A stretch of 51,561 nt of DNA from an uncultured Mycoplasmatota bacterium (GTDB lineage Bacteria > Bacillota_I > Bacilli_A > RF39 > UBA660): positions 1 to 51,561 of the forward strand of contig CANSDD010000001.1 of NCBI GenBank assembly GCA_947645535.1. The letters run 5' to 3'. The notes under the pieces are model-generated. The model saw only the letters and a list, made by a program, of their open reading frames with translations. It ran no database searches and was not told where the DNA came from. Shown here in pieces: positions 8,250 to 17,050 of the stretch. Every line of letters begins with the position of its first letter. Within the stretch, counting starts at the first letter, position 1. Made by a program: the position numbers and the translations under genes.

Positions 8250-9008
8250 ATGTTAAAGATTAAAAACTTAAGGAAAAAATTTATTAAATATAATGCCAAA
8301 AAGAAACCAGAAGAATTTTATGCCGATAATGGAATCTCATTCTCAGTAAAAGATGGCGAAATACTTGGAGTTTTAGGGCCTAATGGAGCAGGTAAAACAA
8401 CATTACTTAGAATGATAGCTGGAATATTAGAACCTACAGAAGGAGAAATTGATTTTGATAAATTAACATATCAAAAAAATGAAATTGAAATAAAAAAGAA
8501 TATCGCTTATTTATCTGGGAATACCAAAATATATAATACCTTGTCAACATATGAACTACTTAAGATGTGTGCTGAAATATATGAAGTTCCAAAAGATAAG
8601 CAAGAGAAAAGAATAGAAGAGATTGTAGATATTTTAAATATGAAATCATTTTTATATAATAAAATAGGTAATTTATCAACAGGGCAAACTCAAAGAGTAA
8701 ATATAGCTAGATGTTTAATTCATGATCCTAAATATTATATTTTAGATGAAGTTACGAGTGGACTTGATATTATATCTAGTCAAATTATTCTTGACTTTAT
8801 AAAAAATGAAAAGAAACGTGGAAAGATTATTTTATACTCTACTCATTATATGGAAGAAGCTGAGAACATTTGTGATAATGTTGTTATGATCAATAAAGGA
8901 ATTGTTATAAAAGAGGGAACACCAGAACAAATTAGAAAAGATACTAAAACAACTAATTTGAGAGATGCTTTTTTTGCTTTAATAGGAGGTGTTTCAAATG
9001 AAGAATAA
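8250..9008 (+). CDS. ABC transporter ATP-binding protein (ABC-2 / NatA-like)
   Basis: AGGAGG RBS. Walker A GPNGAGKTT, signature LSTGQTQR, Walker B YYILDEVTSGLD. Confidence 0.9.
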   Translation: MLKIKNLRKKFIKYNAKKKPEEFYADNGISFSVKDGEILGVLGPNGAGKTTLLRMIAGILEPTEGEIDFDKLTYQKNEIEIKKNIAYLSGNTKIYNTLSTYELLKMCAEIYEVPKDKQEKRIEEIVDILNMKSFLYNKIGNLSTGQTQRVNIARCLIHDPKYYILDEVTSGLDIISSQIILDFIKNEKKRGKIILYSTHYMEEAENICDNVVMINKGIVIKEGTPEQIRKDTKTTNLRDAFFALIGGVSNEE

Positions 9009-10146
9009 TTTATATAACATGTTAAAAAAAGAACTACGTGAAATGTTTAGAGATAAGAAATCATTATCAATGATGCTTATTATACCAATTATGATACCAT
9101 TACTTGTTATTGGCATGTCAGCTCTATTTGAATCTCAAATAAATAAATCAGTAGAAGAATATAATAAAATAGGATTTGACTATGAATTAAATGAAATAGA
9201 AAAAGAGATTGTGAAAAATGCACAAATAGATGCGGTTTATATAGAACCAGATAAAATTGCAGAAAGCTATCAACGCGGAGAAGTAGACTTATATGTTACA
9301 AAAGAGGGAAAAAATTATGTAATACATGGAGATGATAATGAAACAACAAGTTATGCTATTCCATTAGTAGAAGGCTATTTTTCCCTTTATAAAGAATATT
9401 TACAGCAAGAACATCTAATGAACATAAACGTTAATTCTGAAGAAGTTTTGAATATTATTACGGTTAATAAAGAAATTAAGGAAATAGACAATTTTTATGC
9501 AGGTTATATTACCAATTATGCTTTTCTATTTATCATTATGGCTATTACAGTATCAGCAACATATCCAGCAACAGATACAACAGCAGGAGAAAAAGAAAGA
9601 GGTACACTAGAAACATTATTAACATTTCCAATTAAAAGTAAAGACATTATCATAGGAAAATATTTTAGTGTCACATTATCATCAATTATAACAGGAGTAT
9701 TAAGTTTAATACTAATGGTAATTTCTTTAATAATTGCCAATAATATGTTTGAAATTTATGAAGGTGTTAATCTAATGTTACCAATAACAAGTTTGATTTT
9801 TGCTTGTATTGTGATTATTGCTTATTCACTACTTATTAGTGGTTTATGTATTGCAATAGCAAGTAATTCAAAATCGTTTAAAGAAGCACAAAGTTCACTG
9901 ACACCACTTACATTTATATCTTTCTTTCCAAGTATGATAGCATTTATGATTAACTTAAAAACAACAACAGTTTTATCTTTAATACCATTTTTAAATTTCA
10001 CTTTATTATTTACTGATATAACAAGTGGAATAATCAATTACTTACATATTTTCTTAATGTTAGTATCAACAATTGTAATAATTACAATTATTTTAAAAGT
10101 TATTATTAAACAATATAAATCAGAAAAAGTTTTATTTTCAAATTAA
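8998..10146 (+). CDS. ABC-2 family permease (NatB-like)
   Basis: GGAGGTG lies 6 nt before ATG 8998 and overlaps the upstream stop. An N-terminal TM and a large extracytoplasmic loop are followed by about 5 C-terminal TM helices. Confidence 0.8.
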   Translation: MKNNLYNMLKKELREMFRDKKSLSMMLIIPIMIPLLVIGMSALFESQINKSVEEYNKIGFDYELNEIEKEIVKNAQIDAVYIEPDKIAESYQRGEVDLYVTKEGKNYVIHGDDNETTSYAIPLVEGYFSLYKEYLQQEHLMNINVNSEEVLNIITVNKEIKEIDNFYAGYITNYAFLFIIMAITVSATYPATDTTAGEKERGTLETLLTFPIKSKDIIIGKYFSVTLSSIITGVLSLILMVISLIIANNMFEIYEGVNLMLPITSLIFACIVIIAYSLLISGLCIAIASNSKSFKEAQSSLTPLTFISFFPSMIAFMINLKTTTVLSLIPFLNFTLLFTDITSGIINYLHIFLMLVSTIVIITIILKVIIKQYKSEKVLFSN

Positions 10147-10160
10147 AAAATATCATAAAA

Positions 10161-10299
10161 ATATCAATGTCATTAACTTAAGAATTAGGAATAACAAATC
10201 AATAAAAATTTTAGGAATAAAAAGTATAAGTTTCCTTGATTTACAAACTTTTATTTTCTTAAATTTCATCTAGAGTTTCCTTAAGTTAATGATATTGTA
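10161..10299. repeat. Imperfect ~20-bp inverted repeat pair bracketing ~90 nt
   Basis: atatcaatgtcattaacttaagaa (10161-10184) against ttccttaagttaatgatattgta (10277-10299). The 13-nt core tcattaacttaag is perfectly complementary. Confidence 0.5.
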
Positions 10300-10379
10300 A
10301 AAATATGGTATTTTTTCTTTAAGAATAAAAATGATTTCTTTTTTGAAAGTTACTTGCTATAATAATAGTAGGTGGTAGA

Positions 10380-11420
10380 ATGAAGAAGAGTGTAATAATT
10401 ACTATTTTAATATTTTTAATTATTTGTGTAAATGTAGGAGCTATTTATTGGAATTTTTTTAATAAAAATGAAGAATCTAAACAGGAAGAAATTGTAGAAA
10501 GTACAAAAAAAATAGAAAAGCCGAAATTAAAAATTATTGATGAAGAATCTAATTCAAGACCATATGCAATTATGATTAACAATAATATTGCAGCTTGGCC
10601 TAATCATGCAGGTTTAAGTGATGCATATTTGGTATATGAGATTATTACTGAAGGTGGTATTACAAGGTTAATGGCTTTATTTAAAGATAAAAATACAGAA
10701 AGAATTGGTTCAGTTAGAAGTTCTAGGCATTATTTTTTAGATTATGCACTTGAAAATGATGCGATATATGTACATTTTGGTTGGAGTCCACAAGCTCAAT
10801 CTGATATTAGTACACTTAATATTAACAATATCAATGGTATTTATGACAATAGTTTTTGGAGGGATAAGTCACTAGGCGTTGCATATGAACATACTGCTTA
10901 TACAAATCTAGAAATATTATCTTCTTTAGCAGAAAAGCGTCAATATACAAGAGAAACAAATAGGAAAATATTATTAAATTATAGTACATCAGAAGTAGGA
11001 TTAGCACGTATAGAAGGTTCAATAGAGGCCAAACAGGTGAAAATTCCATATTCCTATTCTTATACAGTAAATTATGAATTTGATCCAGTAAAACGAGTTT
11101 ATCTTCGTTATATGAATGATAAAGCTCATACAGATGGAATTACAAAAGAACAATACACTACGAAGAACATCATTGTTCAAAAAGTGAAAAATTACTCTAT
11201 TGATTCCTATGGAAGGCAAGATATTGACAATATTGGAACAGGAGAGGGATATTATATAACAAACGGATATGCAGTACCAATTATTTGGAAAAAAGAGAAT
11301 AGAAACAGTCAAACTATATATCAATATTTGAATGGAACAGAAATCACGGTTAATGATGGAAATACATTTATTCAGATAATGCCAATAACAATGACACCTA
11401 CCTTTGGAATGGAATCTTGA
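10380..11420 (+). CDS. DUF3048-family protein, membrane anchored
   Basis: GGTGG RBS and an N-terminal TM. RPYAIMINNNIAAWPNHAGLSDAYLVYEIITEGGITRLMALF and SSRHYFLDYA match my recollection of DUF3048. Confidence 0.65.
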   Translation: MKKSVIITILIFLIICVNVGAIYWNFFNKNEESKQEEIVESTKKIEKPKLKIIDEESNSRPYAIMINNNIAAWPNHAGLSDAYLVYEIITEGGITRLMALFKDKNTERIGSVRSSRHYFLDYALENDAIYVHFGWSPQAQSDISTLNINNINGIYDNSFWRDKSLGVAYEHTAYTNLEILSSLAEKRQYTRETNRKILLNYSTSEVGLARIEGSIEAKQVKIPYSYSYTVNYEFDPVKRVYLRYMNDKAHTDGITKEQYTTKNIIVQKVKNYSIDSYGRQDIDNIGTGEGYYITNGYAVPIIWKKENRNSQTIYQYLNGTEITVNDGNTFIQIMPITMTPTFGMES

Positions 11421-11502
11421 TATACAATTTACATAAATTGATGAAATAACGTATTATTTTTTTCATTTATATGATATACTATTATAGTACGAGGTGAAGC
11501 AA

Positions 11503-12006
11503 ATGATGAATACAGAACTTGATACTGAATACAGTAAAATTGTATATCACATTTTAATAAATGAAGAATTTAATAAAATAAAGGCAATTGAACATCATGG
11601 TGTAACTAGATATGAGCATTCTTTAAAAGTATCTTATTATTCATATAAGATAGCTAAAATATTACATTTAGATTATGAAGATGTAGCACGTGGTGGATTA
11701 TTGCATGACTTCTTTTTGAGTAGTGAAGAGAGAAATAAAAAAGAAAGATTTATATCCACATTTACACATCCCAAGAAAGCAGTAGCAAAAGCCATAGAAA
11801 ATTTTGAATTAGATGAAAAAGAAATTGATATGATAAGAACACATATGTTTCCAATTAACTTAGCTATTCCAAAATATGCAGAAAGTTGGGTTGTTAGTGC
11901 AGTTGATAAAATTGTAGCACTTACTGAATTTAGTAAGACTTTTGGATATCGTTTAGCATATATAGCAAATGTTTATTTTATATTACTTATAAATTATTTA
12001 AGATAG
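11503..12006 (+). CDS. HD-domain phosphohydrolase
   Basis: GAGGTG lies 6 nt before ATG 11503. H..HS and GGLLHDFF form the HD motif. Confidence 0.75.
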   Translation: MMNTELDTEYSKIVYHILINEEFNKIKAIEHHGVTRYEHSLKVSYYSYKIAKILHLDYEDVARGGLLHDFFLSSEERNKKERFISTFTHPKKAVAKAIENFELDEKEIDMIRTHMFPINLAIPKYAESWVVSAVDKIVALTEFSKTFGYRLAYIANVYFILLINYLR

Positions 12007-12025
12007 AAATTTCTATCTTTTTTTC
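12001..12025 (+). terminator. Intrinsic terminator
   Basis: The perfect palindrome agatagaaa/tttctatct is followed by T7. Confidence 0.7.
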
Positions 12026-12054
12026 TTCTTTAAAAAGTGTTATAATGTAATTAT

Positions 12055-12131
12055 GTCTCCGTAGCTCAGTTGGATAGAGCGACCCCCTCCTAAGGGGTAG
12101 GCCGAAGGTTCAAATCCTTTCGGGGACACCA
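12055..12131 (+). tRNA. tRNA-Arg (anticodon CCU)
   Basis: A 77-nt cloverleaf folded by hand. Acceptor GTCTCCG/CGGGGAC, D arm GCTC/GAGC, anticodon stem ACCCC/GGGGT with loop CTCCTAA, T arm GAAGG-TTCAAAT-CCTTT, and an encoded CCA. Confidence 0.9.
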
Positions 12132-12142
12132 TAATAATATTT

Positions 12143-12167
12143 AGTCTTGAATTTCAAGACTTTTTAA
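12143..12167 (+). terminator. Terminator after the tRNA
   Basis: agtcttgaaa pairs with tttcaagact, followed by T4. Confidence 0.65.
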
Positions 12168-12198
12168 TAACAAAATTAAAAAATTTACTATAATTATT

Positions 12199-12227
12199 TT
12201 GACATTTCGATTAAATATGTGTATGAT
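12199..12227 (+). promoter_or_regulatory. Sigma-A type promoter TTGACA-17-TATGAT
   Basis: TTGACA at 12199-12204, a 17-nt spacer, then TATGAT at 12222-12227. Confidence 0.55.
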
Positions 12228-12254
12228 AGTGCTACTTATCAAGGAGGAAAATCC

Positions 12255-13466
12255 ATGACAAAAAGAAAAGATGAAAAAACGGATTTAATTGTAACTGAAC
12301 TATATAGAACAGGGAAAGAATTTTTACGAGCCAAAAAATATGATGAAGCAATAAAATATTTTTTAGAATGTTATAAGTTAAAACCTACTCATGGAGGAAC
12401 ATGCTATCAATTGTTTTTCAAAAACATACATAAAAAACAATATGAAGAAGCTTTACAATATTGCATAGCGCTTTATCATTCTGAAACAGTAACTCCACGT
12501 GATATAAAAGACAACAATTTCTTCTTGTTTTTATTAAGTATGTTAATGGAGTTACCACAAGAATATAAAGAATATCTTAAAACATTAAAATTTAATGATA
12601 TGAGTGTAGATGAAGAGGATTATAGATTTTTAAATCCAAAAGATCAAAATCAAATTCGTAAACTTGCTTTTGAAGGACGCTTTGGAGCAGCTTATTATTT
12701 ACTGAAAAATAATGCTGATGAAGAAGAACGAGAATTAAATGTAGTAGAAGTAATGATAAAATTACTACTAAGTAGAGTAATATCAGAGCAAGAAGTAATG
12801 AATGAAGAAATATTAAACTTTATAAATCAGAAACAATATTATGAATTGATTTTATATTTGAGAACAAAAGAGCAAATCAGGCCATTAAGTCTACAATATT
12901 ATCATATATTAGTATTAGTCTATAATTTACTTGAAATAAAAGTGAAAAGAAAAATACCAGAAAAGGTTATTTTTCAGACCTATAGTATATTTGATGCCAT
13001 AGCTTCTAAAGATTATGAATATGCTCTTTACTTAAGCAAATCATATAATGAAAAGGCTATTATTGCAAATACAGTAAGTCTAGCACTTAATAAATTACTT
13101 ATAGAAATCAATCAAGTAATTGAAGAAATCCAAAAAGAACAAAATATACAATCATCATCGTCATTTACTCATGCACATTCTAATGATCAAAGAATCATAG
13201 AATTTGCTAATTTCATTATGACAGGAACACCATTTGAAGAAGTATGTAAAACATTTTATTTATCAGAGCAGGAACAAATATTATTGATATTGAAATTAGT
13301 CCAAAGTTACTATATAATAGGCAATAATGTACTTGGAGATAGTTATGTCATACGAGTTGAAAAATATTCATTAACTTTAGAACAACAAAAGGAATTAGAA
13401 GAAATGAAGTCTTATAAAAATGAAAAGAAAGAAAAAATAACAGTATATTCTATCAAAAAATTATAG
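12255..13466 (+). CDS. All-helical hypothetical protein with TPR-like N-terminal repeats
   Basis: AGGAGG RBS before ATG 12255; the track start 12219 lies inside the promoter. KKYDEAIKYFLECYKLKP and KQYEEALQYCIALY resemble TPR units. Confidence 0.6.
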   Translation: MTKRKDEKTDLIVTELYRTGKEFLRAKKYDEAIKYFLECYKLKPTHGGTCYQLFFKNIHKKQYEEALQYCIALYHSETVTPRDIKDNNFFLFLLSMLMELPQEYKEYLKTLKFNDMSVDEEDYRFLNPKDQNQIRKLAFEGRFGAAYYLLKNNADEEERELNVVEVMIKLLLSRVISEQEVMNEEILNFINQKQYYELILYLRTKEQIRPLSLQYYHILVLVYNLLEIKVKRKIPEKVIFQTYSIFDAIASKDYEYALYLSKSYNEKAIIANTVSLALNKLLIEINQVIEEIQKEQNIQSSSSFTHAHSNDQRIIEFANFIMTGTPFEEVCKTFYLSEQEQILLILKLVQSYYIIGNNVLGDSYVIRVEKYSLTLEQQKELEEMKSYKNEKKEKITVYSIKKL

Positions 13467-13515
13467 TTTATACTTTTTTTTCTTAAAAAAGTGTAAATAA
13501 ATTGATAATTATTAT

Positions 13516-13944
13516 ATGGAAACTATTATATGTGGTTATATAATAAAGAAGAGTAGCATAAAACATATTGCAGGATTATTGATAATAGAACTTGCTATTG
13601 TGGAATTTATAATATTTAACAATTATATCAAAAAGAAAGGCTATGAATTAGAAAAATTAGAATTAATTTTATTTGAAATACCTATTGTTATATTGATTTT
13701 TAGAAGATTCATTAGTACAGTTGTTGAAGTAGAAATAAAAGGCATAGAATTTTTTAATTATTTTCTCTCATATTTATTAGAGCTTATAACAATAAGTACA
13801 GTTATTTTATTAGGATATTATTATTTAGTGAGAACAGTAAAAATAAAGCAACATATTTCTTTAAAAATTTTAGGTAAATATTATATTATGACTATTTTAA
13901 ATATTTTAATCATTTATATTTTACCTTATCCAAATATTGATTAG
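13516..13944 (+). CDS. Multi-pass membrane protein, interrupted by an in-frame TAG
   Basis: Several hydrophobic helices. The frame continues after TAG 13942-13944 through one more TM segment (LLPLVLAISNIIFTVFCSIYILIINSILFLF) to TGA 14062-14064, which lies inside the terminator hairpin. Confidence 0.5.
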   Translation: METIICGYIIKKSSIKHIAGLLIIELAIVEFIIFNNYIKKKGYELEKLELILFEIPIVILIFRRFISTVVEVEIKGIEFFNYFLSYLLELITISTVILLGYYYLVRTVKIKQHISLKILGKYYIMTILNILIIYILPYPNID

Positions 13945-14050
13945 GATGGTTTACTACCTCTTGTATTAGCAATCTCAAATATAATATTTACAGTTTTTTG
14001 TAGTATTTATATTTTAATTATAAATTCAATTTTATTTTTATTTACCAAAA

Positions 14051-14085
14051 AAAGTTATAGATGAATTTCTTATAACTTTTCTTTT
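14051..14085 (+). terminator. Intrinsic terminator
   Basis: aaagttata (14051-14059) pairs with tataacttt (14071-14079), followed by a T-rich tail. Confidence 0.6.
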
Positions 14086-14133
14086 AGTTTTAATTTTGTT
14101 CAATATTTGATATAATAGTATAGAGGTAATGAT

Positions 14134-14715
14134 ATGAAACAGAAAGAAGCATTATTATATAAAATTGTAAGGCCAATTATTTCTGTACTGTTTAAGTTTT
14201 TGTATACCCCAAAAATCATTGGAAAAGAAAACATTCCAAAAGATGGTAAAATTATTTTAGCTGGAAATCATACTAATAATTTTGATTGTCTACTTCTTAT
14301 GAGTTCTACCAAAAGATGTATTCATTTTCTAGCCAAAGATGAACTTTGGAAAGGAATTAAAAAAATAATATTTGGAAATATGGGACTCATACCTGTAAAT
14401 AGGAGAATGAAAGATCATAATGCTTTGACAGTAGCAGAAGAATATTTAAATAATGAAAAAGTAATTGGTATTTTTCCAGAAGGAACAACAGAAAAAGAAG
14501 TTGGTAAAATGCTTCCATTTAAAATGGGAGTAATTAAAATGGCAAAAGATACAAATACACAGATTGTACCATTTTCTATAACAGGATCTTATAAACTGTT
14601 TTCCAAAGATTTAACTTTAAAATTTGGAAATACTATATCGATTACTAATGACAACTTAGAAAGTGAAAAAAAGAAACTAGAAAAAACAATAGAACAATTA
14701 ATGAGAGGTGAGTAA
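14134..14715 (+). CDS. plsC: 1-acyl-sn-glycerol-3-phosphate (lysophospholipid) acyltransferase, PlsC family
   Basis: HX4D motif (GNHTNNFD), the FPEGT motif, and an AGAGGTAA RBS. Confidence 0.85.
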   Translation: MKQKEALLYKIVRPIISVLFKFLYTPKIIGKENIPKDGKIILAGNHTNNFDCLLLMSSTKRCIHFLAKDELWKGIKKIIFGNMGLIPVNRRMKDHNALTVAEEYLNNEKVIGIFPEGTTEKEVGKMLPFKMGVIKMAKDTNTQIVPFSITGSYKLFSKDLTLKFGNTISITNDNLESEKKKLEKTIEQLMRGE

Positions 14716-14717
14716 CG

Positions 14718-16451
14718 ATGTCTATATTTGATATTTTTAGACGAAAAAAAGAAATCCCAGCGCCTTGGAGTAAATACTATAAGGAAGAAGAACTAAATAT
14801 TAAGATTCCTAATATTAGTATGTATGAGCAAGTAAAAAGAAGCAAAGCAAAATATCCACAATACACTGCATATGAATATTTCGGTAAAAAAGTTAATTAT
14901 CAGAAATTCCTATCTCAAATAGATGAAGCAGCAAATGCTTTTAGAGCATTAGGGATTAAAAAAGGAGATATTGTAACATTATGTATGCCAAATGTGCCTG
15001 AAGTTTTAATTTCTTTATATGGATTAAATAAGATTGGTGCCATAGCCAATATGCTACACCCTTTATCAGCAGAAGAAGAAATAAAAGAAAACTTATTATC
15101 TACTAATTCAGAATATCTAGTAATGATAGATATGTTCTATTCTAAAATAAAAAATAATATTACAGAAACAAAAGTTAAAAAAGTGATATTTGTAAGTGCT
15201 AGTAATTCTATGAAATTGTTTATGAAAATTGGTTATCGCTTAACACAAGGTAGAAAATTTGAAAAGTATCCTAAAAATGACATGTTTTTAAGTTTCAACA
15301 GCTTTAGAAAGAAAGCTAAGACAGTAAAAACAGAAATCAATTTCAAATTTGGTAAAGATACCCCAGCAGTTATTATTCATAGTGGAGGAACAAGTGGTAC
15401 TCCAAAAAATGTTGTTATTCAAAATCGTGCATTTATTTTAGCAGCAAAACAAGAAAGCATATCGTTAAAAAGATTGAAGCCTGGAGATTGTTGTTTAGCG
15501 ATTATGCCTAATTTTCATGGATTTGGACTTAGTGTACTTATGCATACTCCTTTAGCACTTGGCTGTTATACAATACTAGTTCCACAATTTGATTCTAAAA
15601 AATTTGATATTCTATTTAAGAAAACAAAGCCAACTTGTGTGCTTGGAGTTCCAACACTATTTGAAGCACTAAGTCAAAATAACAATATCAAGAATTTAGA
15701 TTTATCCTTTTTAAAATATGCAGTATCAGGTGGAGATATTTTAAATAGTAATCTAGAAGAAAAAATAAATACTTATTTTAAAGAGCATAACTCAACAGCT
15801 AAAATTACACAAGGATATGGTTTATCAGAAGGATTAGCAGCCATTTGTTTAGCAGCTGATGATGTAAATAAAAGTGGTTCTGTTGGAATACCTTTAGCAG
15901 GAAATCATATTAAAATAATTGATCCATCTACAAGAGAAACCTTACCTTTTAATGAAATAGGTGAAATCTGCGTTCATACAAAAGCATTGATGATGGGATA
16001 TTTAAACAATGAAACTGAAACAAACGAAATTATGCAAGTTCACAAAGATGGCCATGTATGGCTTCATACAGGAGACTTAGGCTATATGGATGAGGATGGA
16101 TTTATATTTTATAAAGGAAGAGCGAAACGTATGATTATATCTAGTGGGTATAATGTTTTTCCAGCACATATAGAAGAAGTAATTGAAAACCACCCAGCAG
16201 TACTTCAATGTACAGTAGTAGGTGTAGCGCATCCATATAAGCAAGAAGTTCCTAAAGCTTTTATCGTATTAAAAGAAGGTTTTCATGGATTATTTATTAA
16301 ATCAGAAATAAAGGAATATTGTAAAAAGAATTTAGCAAAATATATGGTACCAGCAGAATTTGTATATAGAAAAAAGTTACCAAAAACCAAACTTGGTAAA
16401 GTAGATTTTCAAAAATTAAAAAGTGATATAGGAGTTGATGATGATGAATAG
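14718..16451 (+). CDS. AMP-forming long-chain fatty acid-CoA/ACP ligase
   Basis: GAGGTGAG RBS. AMP-binding motif HSGGTSGTPK, plus GYGLSE and TGDLGYMDEDGF. Confidence 0.85.
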   Translation: MSIFDIFRRKKEIPAPWSKYYKEEELNIKIPNISMYEQVKRSKAKYPQYTAYEYFGKKVNYQKFLSQIDEAANAFRALGIKKGDIVTLCMPNVPEVLISLYGLNKIGAIANMLHPLSAEEEIKENLLSTNSEYLVMIDMFYSKIKNNITETKVKKVIFVSASNSMKLFMKIGYRLTQGRKFEKYPKNDMFLSFNSFRKKAKTVKTEINFKFGKDTPAVIIHSGGTSGTPKNVVIQNRAFILAAKQESISLKRLKPGDCCLAIMPNFHGFGLSVLMHTPLALGCYTILVPQFDSKKFDILFKKTKPTCVLGVPTLFEALSQNNNIKNLDLSFLKYAVSGGDILNSNLEEKINTYFKEHNSTAKITQGYGLSEGLAAICLAADDVNKSGSVGIPLAGNHIKIIDPSTRETLPFNEIGEICVHTKALMMGYLNNETETNEIMQVHKDGHVWLHTGDLGYMDEDGFIFYKGRAKRMIISSGYNVFPAHIEEVIENHPAVLQCTVVGVAHPYKQEVPKAFIVLKEGFHGLFIKSEIKEYCKKNLAKYMVPAEFVYRKKLPKTKLGKVDFQKLKSDIGVDDDE

Positions 16452-17040
16452 AAAAGTACCATTTTTATATAAATTTGGGAAACTTATTTTAGGACCTATT
16501 TTTAAATGGTATTACCATCCGACAATTATAGGAAAAGAAAATATCCCCCAAGATGGTTCTATTTTAATCGTTGGAAATCATAAACACTTATATGACCAAT
16601 GTTTAACCATTATTGCGACCAAACGTGGTATTCATTATATGGCGAAAAGAGAATACTTTGATGATAAAAAAGTAGCATGGTTTTTTAAAGGTACTGGTTG
16701 CATTTCGGTAGATAGAAGCAAAAAAGATGAACATGCTACAGATCTTGCTTTATCTGTTTTAAAAGATGGAGGTGCGATTGGATTATTTCCAGAAGGTACA
16801 AGAAATAAAACAGAATCCTTTTTATTACCTTTTAAATTTGGTGCAGTAAGTATGGCCAAAAAGACCGATTCTTATTTAGTACCTTTTGGGATTACAGGAG
16901 ATTATAAATTTAGAAGTAAAAATTTAACAATCCGTTATGGGAACCCATTTAAAGTAAACAATATGGATTTAGAAGAAGCTAATAATAAACTATATTATGA
17001 AGTAGAAATGCTCATGAAACAAAATTTAGATAGAAAATAG
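16438..17040 (+). CDS. Second PlsC-family acyltransferase
   Basis: HX4D (GNHKHLYD) and FPEGTR. The start is ambiguous within TTG-ATG-ATG-ATG (16435-16446) after AGGAG, and overlaps the ligase stop. Confidence 0.8.
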   Translation: MMMNRKVPFLYKFGKLILGPIFKWYYHPTIIGKENIPQDGSILIVGNHKHLYDQCLTIIATKRGIHYMAKREYFDDKKVAWFFKGTGCISVDRSKKDEHATDLALSVLKDGGAIGLFPEGTRNKTESFLLPFKFGAVSMAKKTDSYLVPFGITGDYKFRSKNLTIRYGNPFKVNNMDLEEANNKLYYEVEMLMKQNLDRK

Positions 17041-17050
17041 GAGGATAATT

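Noticed and set aside
9516-11324. Track ORFs 9516-9740(-), 9822-10037(-), 10831-11049(-) and 11019-11324(-).
   Set aside because: All are antisense inside the well-supported permease and DUF3048 genes. They lack RBSs and have the hydrophobic, low-complexity composition typical of shadow ORFs in AT-rich DNA.
1190-13944. Stop-codon reassignment or pyrrolysine/suppression as the explanation for the in-frame TAG codons at 1190 and 13942.
   Set aside because: TAG clearly terminates many well-supported genes here, including those ending at 12006, 13466, 16451, 17040, 18475 and 20627. The relic genes carry TAA and TGA as well as TAG. No pyl genes or suppressor tRNA are visible, and the only tRNA is Arg-CCU. 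Nonsense mutation is the simpler reading.
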